Shown here: positions 38,501-50,870 of the stretch, piece by piece
Layout of the letters: each line of letters opens with the position of its first letter
How positions within the stretch are numbered: the first letter of the stretch is position 1
Source of the DNA: Lama guanicoe
Taxonomy: Eukaryota
Assembly (NCBI GenBank): GCA_013239625.1
Contig: MU054338.1
Location: 5,930,724-5,994,723 of the forward strand
DNA: 64,000 nt
Direction: 5' to 3'
Notes under the pieces: generated by a model
Told to the model about the DNA's origin: nothing
What the model saw: the letters and a program-made list of their open reading frames with translations, nothing else
Database searches by the model: none
Program-made: the position numbers and the translations under genes

Positions 38501-40853
38501 CTGGGCCTTTGTTCTGTAGAATGTCTCCCATTTGGGGTTTGAGTCTGCTCCCTCATGGTGCCATTTAACCTGCTCCTCTGTCGCCTGTGTTTTCTGGGAA
38601 CCTCAGCCTGGGTCTGATTTCCAGATGTGCTGGGGATTCAGCTTTGGGGGCCTGGCCCTGGGCTGGAATACTTGAGGATGCTGCCCACACCTCCTTGCAG
38701 AAAACAGCTAGTTCCTGGGGGTGAGGGGAGACTCCCACTCTCCATTAAATTTAAAATATTACAATACAAAGCAGGAGATAGAATTTGACCCCCATGCTGT
38801 AAGAAAAAGGCCACACACATGCACACACATGCACATACCCTCTACAAACTGAACCCCAGCAATTGTGTATTTATATTTTCAAAAAGAGTGGAAAGTTGAT
38901 CATCCAAGCACCAATAGTAATTGTTTCTGGGTGATGAGGTTACGCTTTTCTGTCTGTCTTGATATTTTTCAGTAGTTTCTAGTTTCTCCAGTGAATTTCT
39001 TCACTGAATATTTATAATCAGAAAGAAAAAAGTGTTCAGAAAGAAAAAAGTCCTCAGCTTATTTGAGGCAGAGCCAGACACGATTAAGGAAATGCCAGCT
39101 TTGCCTAGGAAGACAGGGGGGCGACACTGATGATCACCAGGCTTAGAGGAGAGATCTGTGTTGGTTCCCTGCCTCTGTCATCCATCCATCCATCCATCCA
39201 TCCATCCATCCATCATTTATCGAGTACTTTCTGAGCGCCTGCTCTGTGCCCAGCACCATGCTGCAGACGTGGACAAGGCAGACAGAAATCCCAGCCTCTT
39301 GGAGCTGGTGTTCTAGTAGCAGAGACAGTAAATGGATAATTACACACATAAATAATTACGAGTACATTTTTATAGTGCAGCATGATATAGTGCTGGGATA
39401 AAGATTGTTTACCCTGTTCTGTATGCAGTAGGGTGGGTGTTTGTCTGAATTCCTGGCCTACCTTGGCAGGGATGGCAGATGGGGACACATCAGGGACCAT
39501 TCAGGGTCAGCTCCCAGCAGGCAGATCCTGAGCCTGCCTTTTAGGGGTGCAAGAAGGACTGTTATGTACACCCTTATTTGTAGGTTGAGCGGTCAATTCT
39601 ATAGCCCAGGGACCTTGGGCAAGTCCCCAAAGCATTTGTACCGCCTCTCACTTCTAGGGGTATAAACGTTTTTTAAAAATGAGAAACAGATTATGACAGT
39701 CACTGTGATGCTAAGAATATATTCAAAACAACCTCACCATCATCCCCCTCCCCAGAAGTCAGCCAGCCTGCCCTCCCTCCTGAGGCCCCAGGTCACACAA
39801 TAGGAATGTTTAATCTTTATTATTCCCAGCCAGGCAGCCTGGGTGTGCTACCTGGGGAGTTTACATGAATGACTGTTCTTCCGCACCTCAGTTTCCCCGA
39901 CTGTAAAATAGGCTGTAAAAGTCTGAACCTCAAGAGCATCCTTAAATGAGTTAGTTTACATAAAGTGCTTAGAAAAATGCCTGCCACGTCATAAGCATGA
40001 CGTCAGCACTGCCTATTACCATTAGTATCACCATTTTTAGTGCATTCTGTAGGCCAGGGACTGTGCACATTGTATACTCTCTACAAAGTTGGAAACCCGC
40101 CAGCCCATGGGCTGAAGCCAGCCCTCAGCCACTGCTCAGTCCTCTGTTTCATTTGACCTGGAGCATTATTTTCCAGAACATGTGAAATACTTGGCTGCGT
40201 TAAAAAAAGTCCACATAAATATCTGGCTTTGTGGGCAACCTGGCTGTGCCTTCCTGGGCAGCAGACATTGGATGGAAAATGAGCCCCACTCACCCGGGCA
40301 CCCCCATACCTGCTGGACACCAGAATGTTACAACCAGGACTCTGGCCACCACTGCCTTGTGACAAAGAGATGCGCAAAGTAGTGCAGGCAAGAGCTGCTG
40401 CCACAGATTTTTATCAGCGTCCAAAGCATCATTGTTCCCACTTTACAGACTAGCAGACTGAGGCTCAGAGAGACTAAGAGACTCAGCCAAGGTCCCACAG
40501 CCGCACAAAGGGCAGAACTGGGCTTGGAACCCAAGTTCGGGTGATGCCACAGCCCAGGCTATGCCCCTTGAGGTCTCACAGGTGTTCCCCCTTATGTCCC
40601 TCCAGGTTTTGAGTTCTTCGAGGCCAGTGCCAAGGAGAGCATCAACGTGAAGCAGGTGTTCGAGCGCCTGGTGGACGTCATCTGCGAGAAGATGAATGAG
40701 TCACTGGAACCTAGCTCCAGCCCGGGCAGCAATGGGAAAGGCCCGGCCTTGGGGGACACCCCACCCCCGCAGCCCAGTGGCTGCAGCTGCTGGAAATGGT
40801 CCCCCACCCCCCCACCCCCTCCTGCCTTGGCAGGGACTGTGACTGAGGCATGA
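35580..40853 (+). CDS. RAB3D: Ras-related protein Rab-3D with a C-terminal stop-loss extension (239 aa versus canonical 219)
   Basis: Exons 35580-35807, 36458-36576, 36659-36783, 40606-40853. Motifs [25 protein letters not shown] and EASAK are intact. CSC at 40782-40790 is followed by TGG (codon 220) instead of a stop; the next stop is TGA at 40851-40853. Confidence 0.95.
37281..37500 (+). mobile_element. MER58-like hAT-Charlie MITE
   Basis: CAGGGATCAGCAAACT...AAGCAGCCATAGA...ACTTTATTTACAAAAA...GTCTGCCAACTCCT, with imperfect terminal inverted repeats. Confidence 0.7.
38335..38460 (-). mobile_element. tRNA-Ala-derived SINE
   Basis: Reverse-complement head and tail in RAB3D intron 4. Confidence 0.8.
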
Positions 40854-43800
40854 GCCATAAGGGCTGTTTCCAAGCTCAGGGCGCCCCCTTGCCTCCCCTC
40901 AGCCATCCCCAAGCCCTGCATGGCTCATTCGCTGGCCATGGCCACCAGCCTGCCTAAGCAGCCGCTGTCACAGGCTCCAGACCCTGAGGACCCTGCACTG
41001 TGGGCAAAGTCTGGAGATATGGGCGTGCACGAGCTTGCTGCTTTCAGGCGTTTTAATGGGGGTAGTGTGGGCAGCGTGTCCCTCCCTGCCTGGTGGAGGG
41101 ACATCCACAGTGCCTTCTGGGTCAGAACCACTGTCCACTCTGTTCCGTGTTGGTCACGGCTTGGAGTTCACGTGCTGGCTGAAGATGGTTCACCTGTCTC
41201 GTGCAGTGTGGGTTCTCATCCCTGGAGATGAGGAAGTCGGCTCTGCCTGTGAACATTCTCAGACCTCAGGGCTCTGAGGCGGGGCAGTGGATTTTGGCCC
41301 TGGCAGACCCCTCCCTTCTGACCTGCAGCTTCTCTGCCTGTGAAAGCAGTATTAAAGCAGCTTCTCCCATTATAAAGGAAGAGGGGGTCAGACCTCCCCC
41401 GCCCCCACCCCACTCCACTCAGCTTCAGGGACCCCAAAGTGCCTTCTGAGCTTCCCCAGAATTCCACATCACTCATGTCCCTGCCACTGTTTCACCTTAT
41501 CCACTGGATCCCTGATCCAGAATGGGATTTTGGAACTATGGGCTGCATCGGGCCAGGCAGAGAATCACTCAACCCCTGGCGTTCCTGCTGGGGGCTTTTT
41601 ACCAGGAGTTAACTCAGGAGCCAGGAGCGTGGGGCTCTCCTACCCAGACCTGCCACCCCACTGCCCCCGCCCCAGCCTTCTTTGCCTGGTAATGTTTTAA
41701 GCAAGGTCTTTCCACATCTGACATCCTGCTAGAAAAGGAAATTGAGTAACGTTCCTGTAGCTTGAGCTGCCGGGACAGCTTTTCCGATGTGAGGACTTTG
41801 GCTCCTCCGACTTGAAAACCCTCAACCACCCACAGTTGGCTTCCCGAGCCATGTCACCGCAAGGGTCCAGTGATGTTTTCTGCTCATGGAGGAGTCATCT
41901 AAGGAATGCTTTGGGGTTGGGCTGGAGAGGCGACGAGGCAGGGTTGGTTGATGGCTGTTGCTGCTTGCACTAGGCCATACACCTTGGGAGTGGCACGCTG
42001 ATGGGGTATGGGCGGGGAACCGGTCTCCCAGGTGGAGGCATCAGCAGGGAACTGGCCCAGCTGGGGTCCTCAGCTGCCAGGGGCCCCTGCTGGGAAGTGA
42101 TGCGCAGTTTGGAGATCTGTATCTTGATGCCTCCCCGCCCCCCACCCAACTCAGCAGCTCTTTCTACCCACCAGAGTCCAAATTCTGGTAGCATGCCACC
42201 TCTATCTGCCCTGCAACACTAACACTCCAGGACCTGACACTGTGCGGACGGCCAAAGCGAATGATTTGTGTTCCCGTTGGCAGCCTCCCAGCCTCCGCCT
42301 CCAAAACAACTTCCCGTATACTTGAAGAACTCAACCTCCTCCCAGGAATGGGGAAGATCTGGTTCAAGTTCAACATAGCTCCTTATAGAAGCTGAAGATT
42401 GAGTTTATGTCTACAGGGCTCCGTTCACCCCATACTGGGGGCTGTTCTTAAGAGCTTCAAAGTGGGGATATTTGTCTACCAAGTTAGACGACTGTGGTGG
42501 GAGGGACAAGTTCCTGGAAATGCATCAGGTGAGGGTACCTGAAGCTTTGAGGTGGGAGTCAAACATGTTAGTTGCTTTAACATAAGGGAGAAATTAAAGC
42601 AACTATAAAACGGCTTCTTAAGATGCACCACCACCTGTCAAGATTCTGTTGGACTGGCCAACAGACTACAGCCAGAAAAAATATAGCAGGTCAAAGTGCC
42701 ATTATCTGAGGGACAAGCTGACTTTTCCCATGTGATAAAACACAGCTTTGGCGGCATCTCGTCCCTGACCTGGCCTAACGTTTGTTTACATAAGATTTTT
42801 CAGTAGTTCAGCTTCAAGTAGCGACTGAGACAGCTGCCTCTGTGTTCTCTCAAGACTGGGAATGATGTAGAAGAATTTTTTTTGTTGTTTCCTCTAAAAA
42901 TAATGCAAGTTTTTATTTTACGATGTTTGAAGGGGAGGTCTCACTCCTGATGGCCTCTGGGAAACTGAAACATACATGAAGATCACTGCAGGGGATGGAA
43001 GTGTGTTGAGTTTACAAACAAAAATTAAGCCAAAGGCTGTGGGAAAACGACTTCCCAACTCCAGGGAGGCTGGGATCTGGGGAGGTGACTTGAGGCTGTT
43101 TCCTGCATCCACGCTGTGCCTTCTTATCACCTGCTTTCAGGAACTTGTCTTTCCATAGGCAGTTTCAGTGGGAAATTGCTATGACTGCTATTTTGGGTTT
43201 GGGTTTCTAGGTTTTTTTCTTTCTTTCTTTCTTTTTCTTTCTTTGGCTTCTCCAGGGACCACGTTCTTGTAGGTTTCTCTCCTACTCAACCAAAAAAAAA
43301 ATAAGTAAGGGGTGAACATTTTGGTCTCTCTGTTGAAGCACTGATTCTGCTAATTGGCTTCTTCCCAATGATCCCAAAATACTCTATGGCTCAAGCTTTG
43401 GACCTGGTCATTTATATCCTGGATGTGGTTCTCCCATATAAGCCATTCCTTGATGTCCACTCAAGAAAGGTGTGCATTTTTCTCCACAAAAGAAAAGGAA
43501 AATTAAAGTCATTATGTCTAGATGTGGTGGTTCTTTTATTTCCAATAGTGAAATGCAGTTTCCAGGAAGAGGATGGTTGAAACACAGCCAAGCAGGTGGT
43601 TGGTCAAGGGCCGTGTGTCATATAGTAGAACCCGGATCAGGCCAGGGAGCCTCAGATGTGGAGCTGCCTCTAGCTGGGCCTCATGGCCACCACCTTGACC
43701 CTGGAAAGTTTCAGTGCGTGGAGGGCAAGGAAGTTGATGTTTCCTCAACCAATTCTGGCAAGAAGTTTGGTCCCCACAGCAGCCAGAGGGCACCAGTGAA

Positions 43801-44199
43801 TACCTGAGCCAGGTCAGGTCCCTTGTCAGTTCGGAACCCTCCATGGCTCCTACCTGACTCTGTGACCCAAAAGGCCCTGCATGATCTGACCTGTCACCTC
43901 ACTGCTCTCCCTGTCACTCTTCCCACTTGCCCCCTACACTTGCTCTGCTCCTCCTTGCTGCTTTGAACACACCAGGCTCCTGCCTCAGGGCCTTTGCACT
44001 GGCTGTTCCCTCAGCCTGGAGTCACATGGCTCCCCTCATGCCTTTTGTGCAAATCTCACCTTCTTGTTGACTCATCTCCCTCCCCACCCCCCTGATTAGT
44101 GCTGCAACCCCTCCCCAGCATTTCTGATGTCCCTTTCTATGTGTCCTCCTCCCCATAGCCCCTAGTGTCTAAAATACTATGTAATTTACTTGCTTAACT

Positions 44200-44335
44200 T
44201 AATTTTTTTATGTTTATTTATTTTCTGGGGGGAGGTAATTCGGTTTACTTTTTTTTTTTAATGGAGGTACTGGGGATTGAACCCAGGACCTCATGTGTGC
44301 TAGGGATGTGCTCTACCAGTGAGCTATACCCTCCC
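44200..44335 (-). mobile_element. tRNA-Ala-derived SINE
   Basis: Reverse-complement head and tail. Confidence 0.8.
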
Positions 44336-44419
44336 ATCTTGTTTAACTTAAACAAGTGTTTCTTCACTATAATATCAGCACCTCAAATGCATGGATTTAA
44401 AAAATTTTTGTGGCCACAT

Positions 44420-45660
44420 CCAGCTCTTTCCTGTCTGATACAACAGAAAAGAAATAGTTGGATTTTGGTCCTGGTTTTTCTTGGCACACAGCTCCTAAAA
44501 CGCTTGGAATCTCCGGAGTGATAAGAGTGTCTTTTGTATACAAATGAGAAGACAGCCTAGGCTGGGGGCCCCTGGGAAGCTTCAGGATGGAAGCTGGCCA
44601 CCAGAAAGACCAAACCATGATTAGAGGGTTGAAACTATCAACCCCAGCTCCTGGGAGTGAGGGTCCAGGGAGGAAAGAGGGGCTGGAGATCGAGTCAATC
44701 ACCAGCTGTTGGTGATTTAATCAACCGTGCTCACATGATGAAATCTCCATTAAAAACCCTGAACAACAAGGTTCGGTGAGATTCCCGTTGGGTGAACACA
44801 CTGAGGGAGGGTGGCACGCCCAAAGCGGGCATGGAAGCTCAGGGCCCCTTCCCCATACCTTGCCCTGTACATCTCTCCCCTCTGAGTTACATCCTTAGTA
44901 ACTGTAAGTAAATCACTTTCCTAAGTTCTGTGAATTACTCTAGTTATCAAACCTGAAAGGGAGGGGGGATTACAGGGGCCCTCTGATTTTGTAGCCAAGT
45001 CAGAGAGGAGTATGGCATGTCAGAGGCAAGAACAAACCTGACTCTGTCCCATGTTTCTTTTACTTTAACCTTTGTATTCTCTTGCTGGTTAATCACTAAA
45101 GGGACATTGCCTATAAGCCCATCTCTGGGAATCCTGCCTCCCAGGTAATGACCATTAAGCGAAAATGCCTTTTTAGCTCACAGGAAACATTGTGATCAGG
45201 CCCACCTGTGAATGAATGACTGAAGGCAGGAAGAAATGGACAACCCCGAGCCCAACAGGAACCGGAAATGCTTGGCTTTACTCCCACCCCTTTCAGTATA
45301 AAAGAAGCCTGAATTCTAACGCCGGCAAGATGGCTCTTTGGAGGCACTGGTCCACCATCTTCCCGGTCTGCTGGCTTTCCAAATAGGGTTGCTCCCCCGC
45401 CCCAACAACTTGTCTCTCGATTTATTGGCCTGTTGTGCAGTGAGCAGTACGAACTTGGACTTCGTAACAGGTACTCTGGGGACCCAATACTGGTGACCGG
45501 CATCTGAGGTGGAGGGCGGTCTTGTGGGACTGAGCCCTTAGCCTGTAGAGTCTAAGTAGGGTTGGAATTGAACTGTAGGGCACCCAGGTGGTGCCCGCAG
45601 AGAAGTGGTGTGGAAAACCCCCATGCATTTGGTGTCAGAAGTGCTGTGAGTAAAAACGGT
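44420..45660. mobile_element. MER21-like LTR interrupted by a younger solo LTR (45018-45469)
   Basis: Outer element has CAGCTCCTAAAAC...TTGGAAT and CCAGAAAGACCAA...CATGATTAGAGGGTTG and resumes after 45470. Inner LTR runs TG...CA with TATAAAA at 45297-45303 and a near-TSD GGCA/GGTA. Confidence 0.65.
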
Positions 45661-45674
45661 TCTTTTTTTTTTCT

Positions 45675-46365
45675 TCCAGTTTTATTGAGATGTAATTGAC
45701 ATGCAGCTCTCTATAAATGTAAGGTGTATAACATAATGATTTGACTTACACACATCGGGAAATGATTACCAAATAAGTTTAGTGAACATCCGTCATCTCA
45801 TAGATACAAAATTAAAGAAAAAAAATTTTTTTTCCTGATGTGAACTCTTAGGATTTACTCTCTTAGCAACTTTCCTACATAACATACAGCAGTGTTAATT
45901 CTATTTATCATCCACATTGTATTCCTAGTACTTTTTATCTTATAACTGGGAGTTTGTACTTTTTGACTGTCTTTATCCAGTTCCCTCTTCCCCCCATGCC
46001 CTGCCGTTGGTGGCCATGAATCTGATCTCTTTTCCTGTGATTTTGTTTGTTTGTATTTGACGTATAACTGTCCTACAACACCATTTTAGTTCCTATTACA
46101 CAGCATAGTGATTCGCCATTTCTATCCATTTCAAAATCATCACCACGATAAGTCTAATGACCATCATTACAAAGATATTACACAGTTACTGACTATATTC
46201 CCCACACTGTACATTTCATACCCCTGAGCCATTTATTTTGCAACTGGAAGTTTGTACCTCTTAATCTCCCTCACCTCTTCCTCTCTTCCCCTCACAACCC
46301 TCCCCACTGGCAACTGCCTCTTTGTTCTCTGTATCTATGACTCTGTTTCTGTTTTGTTATATTTT
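45675..46365 (-). mobile_element. L1 3' end fragment
   Basis: Poly-T followed by typical reverse L1 3' UTR sequence (TTTATTGAGATGTAATTGACAT...TTATTTTGCAACTGGAAGTTTGTACC). Confidence 0.75.
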
Positions 46366-46374
46366 AAAATTTCT

Positions 46375-46525
46375 GGCGGGAGTAGGGTATAGTTCAAGTG
46401 GTAGAGTGCATGCTTAGCATGCATTAGGTCCTGGGTTCAATCCCCAGTACCTCCTCTAAGAGTAAATGAATAAACCTAATCACCTCCCCCGCAAAAATTT
46501 TTGAAAATAAAAATAATTTTAAAAA
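46375..46525 (+). mobile_element. tRNA-Ala-derived SINE
   Basis: Head and tail match the family. Confidence 0.8.
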
Positions 46526-49358
46526 ATTAAACCCTTCTAACGGCTTTCCATCATACTCAGAATAAAAACCAAACCCCTCTCTGTAGCCCACAAGGTCTTG
46601 CCCTCATCTCCCCCTACCACTCTCCTCATCCACCCTGCTCCAGTCATAAAGGCCTCCTTGCTGATCCTTGAAAAAGCCAACCTGAGGGCCTTTGCACCAG
46701 CTCTTCCCTCTGTCTTCTCCCATACACACACACATGGCTTTTCCTCACCTCCTCAGGGAGGCCATCCCTGATTCCTTTCCCTATCTCATCACCCTCTTTT
46801 ACTTCCTTCCCGGCAGGTATCTTAAACCAAATAATCATCCATCGCCACCATGTCAGCTCCGCCATGGCAGGCATTTTGTCTTTTATCACTGCTGTGTCCC
46901 CAGTGTCCCGAGCAGTGCTGCGCACACAGTAAGTAGGGGCTCGATTAAAGAGCTCAGTGTGTCCCAGAGGAGCTGGGCCATACCTGCACTGCTGCTGCCC
47001 CCAGGGAGACCCCACTCAGGTTGATGCTCTGAGTCTTGGTTATTTCCAGGAGCTTAGGGGAACAGCCCTGTGCATACAAACATCAGAGTAAGCAGGACCT
47101 GGTCAGGGACTTGTGGATTCCAAGTCCCCATCAACCCCCCGCCAGGCAGACTACCAACATTCCTCTCAGATTCAGGGAAGAGAAAGGGACACAGTGACAA
47201 GGACCTTGGCTCGTTCTTGCTGGACTGCTTCCCCCACCCCAACATCTTCCCTGGCCTCCTCATTCCCTAACCCCACTCCAGAACATACCACTTCCTCCCC
47301 AGTGTCCATTTGTGCTAACATCCTAGTATGGTGATTAAGAGCAGGACCAGATGTCCCAAGCTGTGTCCCAGGCTAGCTGTGTGATCTTGGAGAAATCACC
47401 ACACCTCTCTGTGCCTCAGTTTCCCCAAGTGTAAACAGACCAGTAGGATCTGCCTCACAAGATTTTTGTGAGGTTTAAGACAGAACCTACAGCAGTGGCC
47501 TGACCCGTAGTCGGCATTCAGGAACTGTCATTTCCGAGAGCTCTTTACATATGAACAGAAGGGCTAACCTGCATCCACCACCTTCTCAGCCATTTACATG
47601 TATTTTCTCACTATACCCCCCATAAGGTGGGCACTAGTCTTTTCTCTGTTTTACAGGTGAAGAGACTAAGGTTTAGAGAGATCAACAGACCAGACAGTGA
47701 ATGGGCAGAACAGCCAGCCACTTGCAGGGGATGGGCCCCCGCTTCCCTTCCTGTGGTCGCTGAGATGCTCCTCTTTCTTCTGGAAGCTTGACTGGCCTTG
47801 AGCTCAAAGGGTCAGTGTCCCCCTTTTATTTAATAGGCATTTATTAAGTGCTCGCTGTGTGCTGGGCACTAGACTGGGCGCTGGAGACCCAGCAACATAC
47901 AAAATAGACATTTCCGCCTTGATGGGGTTGAGGGGAAAAAACAGGTAATACGCAAGTACAGTAATCACATTGTCAGGTGGTGATTAAGTGCTGGGCAGAC
48001 CCTGAGGCAGGGTAAGAAGACAAGAGTGTGATGGTGACTGGGGCAGTGTCCTTTTATAAATAGGGGGTCAGGAACAGCCTGACAATTGTACACAGGCTTG
48101 AAAGGGGTGAGGTAGGAAAACATTTAGAGGAAGAGCATTCCTGGAAGAAAGAATAGCCTGTGCAAAGGCCCTGAGGCAAGCATGTGCCTGGTCTATCTGT
48201 GCAGCAGCGAGGAGGCCAGTGTGGCTGGAGTGGAATGAGTGATGGGGTGAGTGGGAGAGGAGGTCAGGAGCTGACAGGCAGGCTGTGCAGGCACAGTGAG
48301 CCAGTGTGTAGCACCATGTCCATCTCTGAGGCTCTGGCCTGGCACCCAGCAGGAGCCATTCAATATGAAGGGATGAATTAAGAAATGACTCTTATTTCTT
48401 CCCTCATGTGGAGACCCTTGTGTTCATTCACCTGCAGCAGAAGTTAGGGGTTTGGAAGCTAGGGATGGGGTTTGAAGCCCAGCTCCACCTCTCTCTGGCC
48501 ATGGGAACCTCTCGGTGCCTCAGTCTCCTCATCTATAAAATGGGAGAAGGGCAGTCCCCACTTCAAGGGGTGCAATGGAGACTGAATTCACAGCAGGAGT
48601 GCCCAGTCACATGGCAGCTGTCACTATGGTTAGAACGATTGTTTTCCATTATAATTGCTACAGTTTAATATCTTGGTGAGGAGGCAGTGTGGCCCTGGCA
48701 ATGGACGCAGGCCAACACGGATCCAAATTCAAGCTCAACCAAAGCCACGTGACCTTGAACCAGTCCCCTCCCCAGGCCTCAGTTTCACCATCTGTGAAAT
48801 GGGGGTAGTAACTTTAGGTTGTGTGGTCGAAATGAGCTGAAATTGTGGTTGAAATCACTGGCATTCCTGCCAAAATGCAATTTTTGTAGAAGTCACCAGC
48901 CCTCAGGGTCTACCCAGGTGACGCGCAACAAAATCTCAAGTTACTTTCTGGTGGATGACATCTGTGGACACATTGCGCCCATCACAGGCCACGGCCTCAA
49001 TGGATTTACAGCAGCTCCTGGGGTAGGTGTGGCCAGTGTCCTTTCAAAAGTTCCTCACTCCACAGCACTTTAGCTGCAGTGAGGAGAATAAACACCTGAA
49101 GACTCCCTTTCAATGATCAAAATAATTGAAAACAATAGAAATCATGGTCACATGGCTACTATTAGAGCAGTCACCACGTTCCAGAGCCTGTGCTAAATGC
49201 CTCCCTTTCACCACCCCATCATGGCTCCATCTTATTTGGGGTAAAAGTTGAACCCCTCACCATCACCCGCAAGGCACTGCACGATCTGCCCTGTCACCTC
49301 TGGGCCCTCATCTCCCCTCTCTTCCCTTTAACTCACTCAGCTCCAGCCACGCTGGTCT

Positions 49359-49993
49359 TGATACAGGAAAAATGTTGAGTAAGAGGATGGCCATGTCCCA
49401 GGTCTCGGCTGAGTCCCTGGGACATGCCCCACCAAGTGTGGGTCCTTGGCTTTGCACAGGAAAGAATTCAAGAGTGAGCCACAGTTGAGTAAAAGCACAT
49501 TAATTCAGAGAGATACATACTCTGTAGACAGAGAGCAGGCTGTCTCCGAAGGCGAGACAAAGGCCACGAGGTGCAGTGCTCGGTGCTCAGTTTAAAGTAA
49601 AAGTAGATACACCGTCCGTAAACAGATTGTGGCCCATCTCACTCAGAAGGGAGAGTGGCCACAAGGTGTAGGGGTTGTTGGTTTTTATGAGCTCGGTAGC
49701 TTCATATGCTAATAAGTGGGAAGATTATTCCAACTACTTTGGGGAAGGGGCTGGCATTCCTAGGAACTGGGCCACCGCTCGCTTTTCGGCCATTTATGGT
49801 CAGCCTCGGAACTGTTATGGTGCCTGTGGGAGTGCCATTTACCATCTTAATATATTACAAGGAGCATGTACTGAAGCTCAAGGTCTACTGGGAGTTAAAT
49901 TTCCCACCATCTTGGGCCTCAAGGTCTACTGGGAGCTGAATCGTCCACCATCTTGGTGTTAAATGCATCACTTAGCCCAGCCTGACCGATACA
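49359..49993 (-). mobile_element. ERV1-type LTR fragment
   Basis: GGAAAGAATTCAAGAGTGAGCC motif resembling the 8655 LTR, and an internal ~41-bp tandem duplication at about 49877-49958. Boundaries are approximate. Confidence 0.55.
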
Positions 49994-50098
49994 GGGGTTG
50001 AGGCTAACTTGGAAAGAGAGGGCAGGGCAGGCTTTCCTGGGGAGGGACATCTGAACAGAGACCTGAATGAAGTGAGGGAGGGAGCTATGTAGATATTT

Positions 50099-50169
50099 GA
50101 GGGAACAGCATTCCAAAAAGAGGGAACAGCATTCCAAAAAGAGGGAACAGCATTCCAAAAAGAGGGAAC
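50099..50169 (+). repeat. Perfect 21-bp minisatellite, 3.4 copies
   Basis: (GAGGGAACAGCATTCCAAAAA)x3 plus GAGGGAAC, inside an L2-like fragment. Confidence 0.95.
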
Positions 50170-50227
50170 TAGCTGTCAGAAGGCCCTGAGGCTGAAGCTT
50201 ACTAAGTGTGTTGAAGAAACAGAGAGG

Positions 50228-50320
50228 AGGGGAGAGCTTATAGCTCAGTGGTAGAGCACATGCTTTGCATGCATGAGGTCCTGGGTTTAATCCCCAGTAT
50301 TTCTACTAAAAAACAAAAAG
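50228..50320 (+). mobile_element. tRNA-Ala-derived SINE
   Basis: Head TATAGCTCAGTGGTAGAGCACATGC...GGTCCTGGGTT with an A-rich tail. Confidence 0.75.
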
Positions 50321-50384
50321 AGAGAAGAATGAGACAGGAAGGAAGGGGGCAGGGCACAGCCACTCAAAGAATTACACAGCATTT

Positions 50385-50870
50385 CTATCGGATGACTGTC
50401 TGTACACCCATGCTCATAGCAGCATGATTCACAGTAGCCAAAAGGTGGAAGCCACCCAAGTGCCCATCGACAGAGGACTGGATAAATAAAATGTGGTGTC
50501 TCCATACAATGGAATATTAATTCAGCCCTAAACAGGAAGGAAATTTGGACACATGCTACAACCTGGACGAACCTTGAGGACATGATGCTCAGTGAAATAA
50601 GCCAGACACAAAAAGGCAAATACTATCTGATTCCACTTATAGGAGGTCCCCAGAGGAGTCAAATTCCTAGAAACTGGTAGAACACAGGACCGTGGGTGCC
50701 CGGGGCTCAGGGAGAGGGAAGGAGTGTTAGTGTTTAATGGGGACAGAGTTTCAGTTCCGAGGATGGTTGCACAACCACGGAACACACTTAATGCCACGAA
50801 ACTGGACACTTCAAAATGGTTAAGATGGTCAACTTGGGTTATGTCTCTCTTACCACAATAAAAACAAACA
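50385..50870 (+). mobile_element. L1M-type 3' end fragment
   Basis: CATAGCAGCAT...AGCCAAAAGGTGGAA...GGATAAATAAAATGTGG...AAATGGTTAAGATGG...CACAATAAAAA. Confidence 0.8.

Noticed and set aside
50099..50169. CRISPR-like direct repeats
   Set aside because: Head-to-tail repeats with no spacers, in mammalian DNA with no cas genes; a minisatellite.
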